From Bigelowiella natans CCMP2755 (Eukaryota > Protista > Cercozoa), in assembly GCA_000320545.1 (NCBI GenBank), contig ADNK01000333.1:1-62731 (forward strand): a DNA stretch of 62,731 bases, written 5' to 3'. The translations under genes and the position numbers were made by a program. The notes beneath the pieces were generated by a model that had not been told where the DNA came from, ran no database searches, and was given only the letters and a program-made list of their open reading frames with translations. Positions 28,910 to 40,146 of the stretch are shown here, piece after piece (positions within the stretch are counted from its first letter, which is position 1; each line of letters starts with the position of its first letter).

Positions 28910-31197
28910 TTAGAACAAGACAAATTTGAATCGTGAGAGCTTGAGCGTCGTGTCTGCAGCTTTGCGGAAGAACTCAGCTGCTCTGAAAACACTCATTGGA
29001 TAAAATCCCTCTGGCACATGCTTATCGTATCTGTCTTGATCACAGGTTGCAAACAACCCAAACAAGCCATAATTATACGCAGTCCTCCTGTAGTTCTCCT
29101 CTGATTCTCTGCCTTTGATCTTGCCGCTCTTGTCACGACGCTGGCCTTTCTTAGACCTCATGCTCAGCTTTTTAGCCAAATCTTTCTCAACCTTCTCTCG
29201 TATGCCCAATTCATCCATTAGCTTCTCCTGAAAATATATCAGCTCATTCCCAATGCACGCCAGGTTCACCCCAATTAGCCCATCATTCTCCATTGCATTG
29301 CGTGTCTCATGAAGAATCGCACTGAGCCCTCCCTTATTCGCATCATACGCAGAAACTTCCATATTGGGCACTGTGTTTGAGGTGCGCTTTTGGTCTCCAA
29401 TCTTACTTGCCTCGGCATTTTTTATGCTGGAAATTGCGTAATCACGCGCAACAACACGCCGATATGATATGCTAACACTCTTAGGGTCATGATGCTTCAA
29501 ATCTCTCCCGTGCATCTTTTCGTCTTTTTGATTGCGCCCTGTTTCCTTGAGCAGCGTGGCTATATCACCACGGGCCAGCCTTGCAAATCGATCCACATCT
29601 CTGATTGCGAAACCATATGCAAGCATGTACGCCTTCAGGAATGATCCCTTAGAGGTGGGTCGCCCTCCAACCCATAAGCCTTCGCCCTCAGACAAGTGTT
29701 GCATTAGTAGTTCAAATATCGGAATAGGCTTTTCGAGTGCGCCGATGCAGCGAAGAGCGTTGTATATGTGAACAGCGGAGCGACACTGGGCGACGCAATC
29801 GACGATATTGAGGCCGTTGACGATTCCGAACCCATAGACACATAGGGAGAGGTGCTGGCCAGCCATCCAGGGGTTGAGATGGGCATTTTCAGAGCTGTGA
29901 CCATGGTTTGGGTCTACCTCTGCCTTCCGCTGCCCCTTCGCCATTTGCAAAACTTGGAGGTTTTCATATTTTAGCTTGGCGGGTTGGGCTCTGCCTGGCA
30001 GCTGCACCGCATATCTTCCGTCGGAAAATGGCCCTCCAACAACTGCCCATTAACCCAAAAGAATGTGTTATTTTTCTCAAAAGTTGGCAAGTGTGTCTCA
30101 TGAACTTTCGAGCGTGTTTAGTTATTGTACTTATCTTTTTTTTAATTTACCTTTTTTTTTTAATATGGTTGGACACTCACCTAGCGCTAATTGCCCATTG
30201 AACTGAGGTGCACTTCTAAGCCCAGTTACTAGCACCTGTGATCCGCGAGTGATTTGCATTTTATCCGACCCTGTTGTTACATCACAACACAATTTGGTCT
30301 TTCTAATCACAGCATTTATGCGCTGGATGTCCAAATGAAACACACAGACGCAAACCTATCGAGAATCCAGATTTTGCGTCAGAGTTGCTCGGCTTAAACT
30401 CGAGGTTCTTGAACAATTTGTCTAGGTAGAAGCAGATGATCTTGACATTTCGCTGCAATTGTTCCTGCATGATTGGGTGAATCCTCTTCGCAAGACCATC
30501 AAACTGTTTCCATAGCTTCTTTAAGGAGAGCTTCGTCATGAGCATTGTCCTCTCTACGCGACGTTCGCCTTGGACCTCGAGCATGCTGGCGCAGAGCGAC
30601 AAGAATGAGAACAACAGTGCAACCGACCCTAATTTCGCCCTCACGCCATCGCGGATGAGGAAAGGAAGTGGCATGACTGTCCTGAGAGGAAGGATTTTAC
30701 CGAGGAGTTTTTCTATGTCATTCAGTGACATGTTGGCGAAGACGGACAGCGAAGGGAGCACGTCTGCGAAGACGAATCCATCGAGATCCTTGTAGTTCTT
30801 GGCCAGATTTGTCCTCTCGTTCCAAGGCGGACCAAAGTACCCAGCACGAGGCCGCAGCACCTTGTTTGGGTCTATCATTGCCATCAACTTGTGAACACTT
30901 GTTGATAAATACAGGATGTCACCGTTCTGAGGGTGCAAGAAGCTTTTACTCCACACAAACATTGTGTTTGCAACGGCGAGATGGTTTTCCATCATAGCGC
31001 GTAGGACTAGTTCGCTTCCTTCATGCCCATAACCCAACTTCATCATTCGCCTTAATCCGTCTTCAAGGTTCACTTCTGCAAACTTTACCTGGGAGACTGT
31101 CGCAACGGCCTTTCTGTATTTGACCTAATTTTGCATTTGATGTTTCAACACAAGGGCTAGTAGCAATTCAACCAATACCGCACACGTACACACACAG

Positions 31198-31234
<37 letters not shown>

Positions 31235-32254
31235 GATACAAAGACCTTTGGAAAGTGATGGAGAATGAACTGAATGGACCACCGAAAATAAACCACAGAG
31301 ATGATATGATCAAACGATTTTAGGTGTGGAAAATCGAGCTGTAGCTCGCTCTCCATCCGTGTTACGTTCTCCACACAGAGGTTTGTCACCGTTGTTGCTG
31401 TGAGCAGGTTTATCTTTTTCCCTTTGTAATGGGCCCATGCTGTCTTCACCTCGCACAGGAGATCGTCAAAGTCAACCAAGAACAGCATGCAACGAAGCAG
31501 TTCATCCTTCTCGGTGAAATCTGCGACGGTCTGTTTGCTGATAGTCTGTGGAACTACGACAGCCTTACCCGATGCGACCGCTGTGTCTTTGGCATCAGAA
31601 AGTGCATTTTTATCACCGCTTGCATTGTTCCGGCTAGAGTCCTCTGTAGAAAGAGATGCAAACTGGTTTTTTAACGGCAAATCACTGCTCTCAACTATGT
31701 GCCTCCCTGATGGTTTTTCCTTTTTTTTCTTGGGCACGAGAGATGCAAGCTTGCGACGGAAGTCCCTGAGAAGGGAGATGAAGGATGCGTGTCCTTCGTC
31801 CCCATTCCCATGTTTGTGTCTTTGGTCAGATTTGAGCATTGATTTCACGCAATAAGACTCCTCACGCAGTTGGATGCTTGTGTCGAGGTCGCGAAGCACT
31901 TCTGAAGGCATAGGAATTTTGCCCCCCCCTGGGACACATTGCATTGCAGATCAGCAAACACTGGGTGTCTCATCGTAAATCACACACTACATAGCATGCG
32001 CCACACATTCTGCACTACATTATAGATCAGGAATCCATACACGACGCATCTTATATCGTAGATCGCGCGCCCACACGTCTGATAGAAGATTGTGATGTAA
32101 GATGTATTTACCAGACGCTGTTGACAGCGTTGGCTGCATCTTTGCATGTCCTTACGACTGATTTCGTTGACTTTTCAAGCCATTTGAAGAACCGAGATGT
32201 AGCACGCTTGTATCGACGATACCTTCCGTGAAAGGGGGCGCTGCTCGGAGACAT
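28910..32254 (-). CDS. DUF6604-family protein with an inserted SH3-like module
   Basis: N-terminus RYRRYKRATSRFFKWL, then LDTSIQLREE...DEGHASFISLLRDFRRKL, LKNQFASLS, and FLVDFDDLLCEVKTAWAHYKGKKINLLTATTVTN. This is the motif order I recall for DUF6604. Long exons at 31944-31230, 31073-30350 and 30040-28910. Confidence 0.72.
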
Positions 32255-32537
32255 CTTTACTATTCCGTGGGTAATGGGGCATTCGGTCCAGCACCTAAGC
32301 GGAATCCAGGCTAAGATCCTGGAAATCATTGTCGCTGCAATAAAACGGCATCGATATCCACGGAGCGCGTCGGCACACGGATCGAGGATATTGCTGGGCA
32401 GCGACATGAAAATTATTCCAATTTCGACATAGATTAGAAGGCCAGGATGTTTTCCCGATGTTTTTTATGCAAGAAAGTGACGCTATCCGCCTCCTGGACC
32501 TCCACAGACATTGGAGTACCGATTACGGAGACTACTC

Positions 32538-32806
32538 ATGAGCGGTGGTGGGGAACTTCGGCGCCAGGCCCCGCGCCTACCTGTGATCGCCTTTCTTGTG
32601 CTTTTCACTGCTGCTAGTGGTGATGGACGACGGGTCGGGTTCATTCGTGCAAAAGGAAGGCCAGCTGCTCGTGTCTGTGCCGGAAACGTGGCAAAGACGC
32701 GCGGAACTGTTAGGAGGAGGGGTACCTTAAGCTTCGGTGCAGGTCAGATGCTGTGGCCTTTCCGTGCGTCCATATACATATTTATATGTATATATGTGCA
32801 CTAGTT

Positions 32807-32866
<60 letters not shown>

Positions 32867-33521
32867 AACCTAGTGCTGCCAATATTATTTCTGGGTGGAG
32901 GGGGCATCGTGGATACCGCCCATGCAAGCTCATGTCCCTCCGGGCGGAAAGACGAAGATCCAGACTGGTTAGTCAAACGTGCACACACACTCTCGCATTC
33001 GATTGTAAGAATAGAATACACTGTTCGCCGCGTTTCATCAGTAAAACGAGGAAGGATTTCGGGTCGTGCGGGAACGCTTGCTGTGCTGTCGACTTAGCTG
33101 TGCCCAAACCACCGACTGAGGTATGTTTTGGGATGTGTGTGCGCTAAGCCATGATATAGACACGAAGGGCTTCCTCAAGTCTTCATATTGGGGAGCATCA
33201 ATCCGTGCAACGACTCGTAAGCATTTCACCCTAATGTTGTCGGTGGCTTTATATAGGTATACGAGGAAATGAGGAGATTCCTTGAGTCGGGAGGAGCAGA
33301 CAATAGCTACAGATACGTGAATGGCCCTGATGCTAGCGGGAATGACCCGAGCGATATGCTCCCAGATGGAGTGCCTAATGATAATAAGTATATCTTCCAA
33401 GGAACACACAAAACGTCGAAGTACGGATATGTTGACGTACTCAATTTTGCGATCCGAAACGATGAGAAAGGCACGTGCACAAGCAACGATTTGGACCCCC
33501 TCCCCCCCCCCCCAACACACA

Positions 33522-33562
<41 letters not shown>

Positions 33563-34170
33563 TGCATGCACGGACAAAACACACGGCATATTCCGAAACA
33601 TAACAGATTTATTCATCATCGTGTGTAGAGCAATGGTCGCTTCTCGTTTACAATTAACGTACAAACGCAGGTACTGGATCGATCGTTCGAATGTTTTCTT
33701 CTTCAGGTCACTATCTTAACGTAGTCATCAATAAAATTTGAAGAACAGATCCTCAAAGACCGAGAGAAAGTTTGTCCAACAGCGAGAGGGGGGGAAACTG
33801 TTGCAGAAGTTTTATTCAGTCAATTGATTATATTGGTGCAATTCAGAGGAAGTTATCGGTGCCTGAATTTCGGTGCCTTCAAAGCTCGAAAATACTTTGA
33901 CAGTATTTCGTTGCCATTCATCCCATTTTAATTAGCAGTGCTTTCATCTCTATCATCGTCCAATCAAACGCCTAATATCTACAGCCCCTGACTTCCAACC
34001 TCTGCTTCATAATGCATTCATTCCGCGTCGTTGTCGTCTTTGAAAAGGGGTTCACGGTGCGCTGGGGGACAATGGGCAGAATTTTAAGTCTTTGGTTGTG
34101 TTGACGGAGGAGATCGGGTACGATAAAAAGAAGGTTGTTCCGATCTACGGCTGCGGGAAAGGGGCAAAGG
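32538..34170 (+). CDS. Conserved algal/protist hypothetical protein with signal plus transit-like leader
   Basis: Leader PVIAFLVLFTAASG followed by an Arg-rich segment. Mature exons: DFGSCGNACCAVDLAVPKPPTE / VYEEMRRFLESGGADNSYRYVNGPDASGNDPSD...YIFQGTHKTSKYGYVDVLNFAIR / VHGALGDNGQNFKSL / VVPIYGCGKG. The 3' end is approximate. Confidence 0.65.
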
Positions 34171-34430
34171 TACTTTATTCCTAGATTTCCAAAACCATGA
34201 CTTTCACCAAAATAAAATCTCCAACAGCATTTCGAATTATCACTCACCCCACAACGGGTAAGCATGATACACGTTGCTGCAGAATAGCAATATAATTAAA
34301 ACTTACCAACTAACTCTCACACCCACTCACACACTCACTCGTGCACACGGTTCAGAATTTGACTAAGTAGAGCGATGGATGGCAGTGGGGACCTAGCAGA
34401 AGTCTTTTTGAGGGAGTAGTACCATGGCAA

Positions 34431-34628
34431 TTATAGACACGTAATATCATATATATATTATATATGCTATTACTATGTCTATTATAAGTATAAGCCCTTT
34501 TTATAGACACGTAATATCATATATATATTATATATGCTATTACTATGTCTATTATGGCATGTAGCGTCTTGCCGAACCTATTTATATACTGACTTTTTAC
34601 CGATTTTACCGATTTTACCGATTTTACG
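34431..34628. repeat. Direct repeat of about 55 bp with 70-bp period, followed by short TTTTACCGA tandem repeats
   Basis: TTATAGACACGTAATATCATATATATATTATATATGCTATTACTATGTCTATTAT starts at 34431 and at 34501. TTTTACCGA occurs three times at about 34595-34621. Confidence 0.85.
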
Positions 34629-35632
34629 GCGTGTTCCCCTGCCTAGCTGCGCATGTGCGCATGCATGGGAGGCGGATGTGATCAATCAAATTGAATTTGT
34701 TCAATGCATGTCACTAGATATGCTAGTGGCCCAATCGTCTAGATCGTGCGCACATGCGACACGTGTAGCTGTGCGAATGCCTGCGCGCACGTGCACACAT
34801 GCACGACGTTCCTGATCGATCGACAGCATCAGAGCACTTCATTGCATCCGTCTCACGCACGCACGTGACAGCTAGCTACGTCACACCTAGCTAGCTAGAT
34901 GTGTGCCAGATGCAATACTGCGCCCAGTTTGTGCACAAAATGCACAGCTTGACTTACAGACTGCAACTACAATTGCAACTTGCATGTGCGTACCTTGCGC
35001 GCTTAACACAAGTAGCGAATAATGTCACAATAATTTGAAGTTTCGATCAGCTTCTGCGCAGATGCGAGTCGCAAGATTTCTTATTATTCAAAAGAGGGTT
35101 TAAGCCAGAGCAATCAGGACAAACATCGTCAAGTTGCGTGGTAGCGTTTCGCTGTGCGCTTATTTTTATATGCATGAAGCGCATCGATCTGGCACCACAA
35201 TACTGGCCGTGCAAGGGCAAATTGAAGACACGTACGTATATTACTATAAGTCCATCGCAATATATTCAACAAAATGGACAATATAGCGTAATTGTAATTT
35301 TCATTGCCTTCCAATGGCAGCAGATGGCGCACACGATATATTGCTGTATTCGTAAGCATACTCAGCATCATACTGAAGCGCGCCCTGTGAAACGGAAGAA
35401 GCAATATTTTATGGATTGTAGTAGTTTCGGATCTGACAGTCCAAGAAGAAGAACGTACACAGAACAGAAGGACCTAACATTTAAGTTTGAAAATTAGAAG
35501 GCGTTTCTAATACCGAGATAGCTCAGTATACTGTGGGCATGAATGAATGGAATAGCGCGAAACACCAGCAAAGTATATGCCAAACCAAACGTGCAGAAAT
35601 CAACACGCAAATTCAACACATTTACCTGCAAT

Positions 35633-36234
35633 TTACTTCGAGCCGCAAACACCGCAAACGGTGCAAGTGGACCACAATTTCCACGTGTTACCCCCCCAGG
35701 CGAAGACCTTCTTGGCGCAGCCGAGATTGGTTGAGGGGTTGCAAGGGGCCCCGCCTCCGGAGCACGAAGCCCAGTTGGCGCTGTTTATTTGCCATAGACC
35801 TACGTCGTAAGAGCCCCCGACATTTTGATTAACTGCGTTCGCATTTCCACCAGATTCGTGCTTCATGATGCACTCACAGCTTGACTGAAAGGTAATCATC
35901 ATAGCATGTGATTGCTCAGTACAGATATATATATTGAAACTAAGTGCTCCCCTCTCCTTCGTCCTAAGGCAAACTCTCTCGTTTCCCCCTCTATGCCCGT
36001 CAGTGATTTCTTCGCATGCAGGGCGTTTGCGAATCGTGGCACGATTTTCAATGGAAGACCTACCTGGGACCATCCAGAGTACTTCGAGCACCAAGACGAG
36101 ATGCTCTGAGAGCTAGAGGAAGTGCCGCAAGGGCATGAGTCGCAGCCACCGGGGCAGTTACCCCCGCAACTGTCTCTAGTCACGTTGACGTTTATCGCCG
36201 AAACGGCGAAAACCATGACGAAGACGATGAGCAT
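35633..36234 (-). CDS. Secreted lysozyme-like (c-type/transglycosylase fold) protein with Cys-rich N-terminal module, 140 aa, 2 exons
   Basis: Exon 1 is 36234-36064 (signal peptide plus CGGNCPGGCDSCPCG...WCSKYSGWSQ), then a GT-AG intron, then exon 2 35884-35633 in phase: CECIMKHESGGNANAVN...YDVGLWQINS...CNPSTNLGCAKKVF...WKLWSTC. Catalytic Glu (HES) and the GLWQIN motif are present. Confidence 0.88.
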
Positions 36235-36299
36235 TCTCGAAGTGGAGATCTAGCAAATAGTTGCAACCAACTCAGCCCGGCAGCATTTTCGTGCCATTG

Positions 36300-38210
36300 T
36301 AAGACGATATTCACGTACACGCACGCGCTCTATCTCAGCAAAGACGCATCGCCAAATGATGCACAACGCTCACACTCTGATCAATGCTCGGAACACCCAC
36401 CATGACAGTTCGTTGCAATTGTGTAGGCAGATGGCTGGGGATGCTAACGCCTGTCGCGACCTGTCGCGACATGCGCCGGCAGATTTTCGGCCTATTTTCC
36501 GATTAGATTCTTCCCAACGACAACTCGAATGACTTGTCGCTTCAAAGAGACCTCGCGTCGGCAAACATCTTGCTTCTTCAGGGTGTGATGCATGCGGTTT
36601 TCGACGGAAACTGCAGCAGCCTTTCATTCTTTGGCGCTTCTGACTCTGCCAAAACCAAAGTGCCCCCGCCCTCGGATGATCAATTGCGGATGATCCGATC
36701 GTGACAGCCTTCAGGAAGTTCCTACTCAGAGTGGATGCCTTGCGTCGCCGCCATGTTGCTGCTAGTTGCATCGTTCCACGATGGCCAGATCACACCAACT
36801 TGGAAAAACCCTGCTGGTTTGCCAGTCAGTCCTCATTGAAGCTGGTTCGAGGCCCTGCGTTTCGCTCACTGCAAGCGTCTTGCAACACTTTGGAAGTGTG
36901 GTTTGTCATCAATGTTCATTGTTCATGATCGTACATGTCTCCCACGTGGTTCTTGCTCGTGCATGTCTCCCACGTGGTTCTTGCTCGTGCAGTTTTGCAT
37001 CAATGCTTTGTTCATTGTTGCTTGTTCGTGGTTGTTTTCGAATCTTTGAATCGCAGAGTCGAAACAACCCCCTTGCCCCCCCTGAGCCCCCCCCCCAACA
37101 AACAACGGAATGTGCTGGGAGGATGCATCTTTGTCGGGATGGCTTCCGTCCTTTTGGCCCTCTGCTCATCGTGCGCCATGCTCCCTCCTGCTCCTTCAGC
37201 TGAACTTCCAGCTTCAAATCGAAGCAGTGCCACCAGCTCGATGAGGTCTGTGCAACAACCACTCACTTGTGATCGTTGATGGCAGCAAAAAGACGAGTGG
37301 GCATGCAATGATGCTCACACCGAGAGCAGAATCTGCGAGAGAATCCGTCGTTTTCAGAGAGGACGAAGGAGGTCACCGTTGACAACGTTTCTTCTGTCCT
37401 TTCCTGCTGGCCTGTTGGTCAAGAACTCGCCCAGCACAACTCTTGGAGCTGGCAGCGCATGCGTGTGAAAACGCAACCATTTGTCTCAAAGTCCACTCAA
37501 GACGAAATTGCATCACTTTTTGAACAGCTCAATGTGAAAAAGCGCAAAAAGTCCACAAATCGACCAAATCGACGCGCACTTGCTTGGTCTGCTGGTCTGG
37601 CGCATTGAGTTTTGGTCCAATTTCGGACTCATTTTGCAGATTGGAATGCGTCTTGATCCAGTGATCAGAGCTGGAGAGCTTCAAGGCCAGGGGTGTGTCA
37701 TCCATTTTCATCAGAACGCACTGGAACGTCAAAGTGCTCAACAAAAACATCAAAGTACGTGTGCAGAGTCACAGCTGTTTTTGGCACACAATTGCGCCAA
37801 AATGGCAATTTTGATGGTTTTCATTTTTTTGTGTTTTGAAACTCGAGCATTTTTGAGTGTGCTCTGATGAACTCAGCTCCACCCGACATCAGGTTGCCGA
37901 GAAACTCATTTTTTGTGAAAATGCGCGCGTTTGCCCTGCAAGTTGTGACTTGGCTCGATGGCTCGATCGCAGCACGACATTTTGTTGCGCACGCGTGCTG
38001 ACTTAGCTAGTTAGCGTCATCACGTAGAAGCAATGCATGAAGGCTGGCGACACAGCTCATGGGGCTCACAGTCCAGCACACTGTCTAAGCCATGGAGCCT
38101 GGCAATTAGTGCGCTCATGCACACAACACATGATGAGAAATCCATGTGCATTTTTAAACATGCATGTGCATGTACATGTGCACATGTGTGTATGTACATA
38201 TGTGTACATA
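36300..38210. repeat. TpA-depleted degenerate repeat/transposon-remnant domain
   Basis: TA is nearly absent outside CTAG. Contains tandem ATGTCTCCCACGTGGTTCTTGCTCG units (about 36930-36990) related to the inverted copies at 48165-48360. Confidence 0.7.
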
Positions 38211-38545
38211 ACATTTGTGCACAATCGAAGTAGACACACAAATGAAAGCGCTGAAGTACAAAAATCTGGATATATCTGCACATCCTCCCTTGATGATATA
38301 TCTTCCTCCTCGGCTTCTGCTACGTCTGGAACAATGCAAGGACATGGCAGTCCCTCGCCATCGACGAAAACCAGCAATCTATCGATCTACATGTAATTAG
38401 CCTTTTTGGTTGGGAGAGTGATGAATGATATGTGCAGTGGCACCATTTATACACTTCAAATGTGAAGTCATTTTGAAGGATAAATAACAGTGTCTGCTAA
38501 GATGTCTTTTGGCTTGTTCTATGCGAGCGTGCTTTGATTAGTATA

Positions 38546-39862
38546 TCAGGCGATTGGATTGCCCTCTACGTCGACCCAGTTAGTCCCATCGTGCGTTTGA
38601 TACTGGAATTGCGCACAGGCGGCCGCAGTCTCGTCCCCTCCATACGTGTTGTACTTGTTGATGTCATCGCGGATGAAAACGCTGTTTTCCATGCCCAAAA
38701 ACCCAAGTGTGTTTTTCATGTACATCCAGGACAGACGGAGCCGTTCAATCTCCACCGCAGGGTCGGGAGGAGTACTGCTCGCCCGATTTCCGACAAAGGA
38801 GGTGCGGTTATCGATAACCCATTTCCTCCCATCCGCTTCTGTGCCATCAGTTTTGTGTACCGCTCGCCATTTGAACTCCCCCCCCCCTTTGGCATGGCCT
38901 CTGAGATTGGTGCTCTGCCATTTACCAATATGGATGTCCACGTTGAGGTCCCCGTGGCAGATGATGGCTCGGTTTTTAAACCAGTTGTTGCGATGTAAAG
39001 GCTGGTGCTCCCTTCCGAAGCGAAGGGAGTCGTCGTCTGCGATCATCCACAGGTTTGCGTCATCTAGAGCTAAGATATTACCAGGGTTGTTGAACATATT
39101 CTTCACTTGTGCATCGGTGATGCCCACGTCCTCCGCTACTTCCCAGTTGGTGTCACGAGTCCTCTGGAGGGCAACGGCTTTCCGTGTCTTCTTGTTGACT
39201 GTGATGAAGTGCTCGGGGTTATAATACGGCGCATGTCCAATGGCTTTGGTCCACGTAGTAACCAAATCCTCAATTCCGGTCCTATTGTTCTTCTGTCGCT
39301 GTGTGAGGGCACCAGCAACAATGTTTGCTTGCAAGATGTCCTTGATTGTTGCAGCTGTTGGGCAGAGCTGGTCCTGCGTTCCGGCAGCTTGGTTGCACTT
39401 ACTATCCGTAGTCTTGCTGGGTTGTTTCGAAGTCAGAGTGTAGCTGCCTGCTGGGACGGTGATTGTCAGCTCATCCCCATCCACTTCAACGCTTGTCACA
39501 GGCAGAGCCCAGTCTCCTTTCGGGGCCGCATGCACGGCATTGTCGACCTTGATGCTTTCCGTGTAAAACACCCTGTTAGCCTGAACTATGAAGGTACGTG
39601 TGTCCTTGGTTCCCCGATTCAATTTTTTGAACGCGTAGAAATAAATCGCCTCATAGTCCGTACCCCTATCGACCACGCAATAAGCTTGAGTGCCAGCGTG
39701 GCATTGCACAGCCCTCCGTTTGTTCACTGAGAGTGCTGTAACCGCACGATGAGCCGCCGTGTGATTGGATGCATGAAGGCTGTGCTGCTGGTGTCTCCCC
39801 TTGGGGGGGTCGAACTGGACCGCTTGGGCGGCGAGGAGGAGAGAGGAGAGGAGGAGAAGCAT
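38546..39862 (-). CDS. Intronless secreted 438-aa protein; C-terminal half resembles toxin-type ADP-ribosyltransferase-like motifs
   Basis: Uninterrupted 438-codon ORF with signal peptide MLLLLSSLLLAAQA and a dibasic KRR site. Motif order LWMIADDDSLRFGRE...HGDL...AKGGGEFKW...WVIDNRTSF. The coding call is strong; the function is tentative. Confidence 0.75.
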   Translation of the reverse strand: MLLLLSSLLLAAQAVQFDPPKGRHQQHSLHASNHTAAHRAVTALSVNKRRAVQCHAGTQAYCVVDRGTDYEAIYFYAFKKLNRGTKDTRTFIVQANRVFYTESIKVDNAVHAAPKGDWALPVTSVEVDGDELTITVPAGSYTLTSKQPSKTTDSKCNQAAGTQDQLCPTAATIKDILQANIVAGALTQRQKNNRTGIEDLVTTWTKAIGHAPYYNPEHFITVNKKTRKAVALQRTRDTNWEVAEDVGITDAQVKNMFNNPGNILALDDANLWMIADDDSLRFGREHQPLHRNNWFKNRAIICHGDLNVDIHIGKWQSTNLRGHAKGGGEFKWRAVHKTDGTEADGRKWVIDNRTSFVGNRASSTPPDPAVEIERLRLSWMYMKNTLGFLGMENSVFIRDDINKYNTYGGDETAAACAQFQYQTHDGTNWVDVEGNPIA

Positions 39863-39977
39863 GAATGCTTTATTTTGAATTGTGTGAAAAGATTTGAATT
39901 GTTTTATTTTATTGTTGCGTTCGAATTTGAACTGTTTTATTTTATTTTTGCGTTAGCTAGTTGGGGGTACCTTTTTT

Positions 39978-40142
39978 GCTGTCGCCTTCCAGGATCCCAG
40001 AGATTTTCAGAGATTAGTCTCCCGCAGCTTTTCAAAAGATTCGAGAGATTCCCAGAGATTTTCACTCGATTTCGGAGAATTTAAGAGATAAATTACGCCA
40101 TTACAATCTCCAGGAATCTCAGAGATCCTGGAAGGCGACAGC
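39978..40142. repeat. 165-bp segment bounded by perfect 19-bp inverted repeats (MITE-like or palindromic bidirectional promoter)
   Basis: GCTGTCGCCTTCCAGGATC at 39978-39996 and its reverse complement GATCCTGGAAGGCGACAGC at 40124-40142. Internal (CAG)AGATT sub-repeats. Confidence 0.75.
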
Positions 40143-40146
40143 CAGG

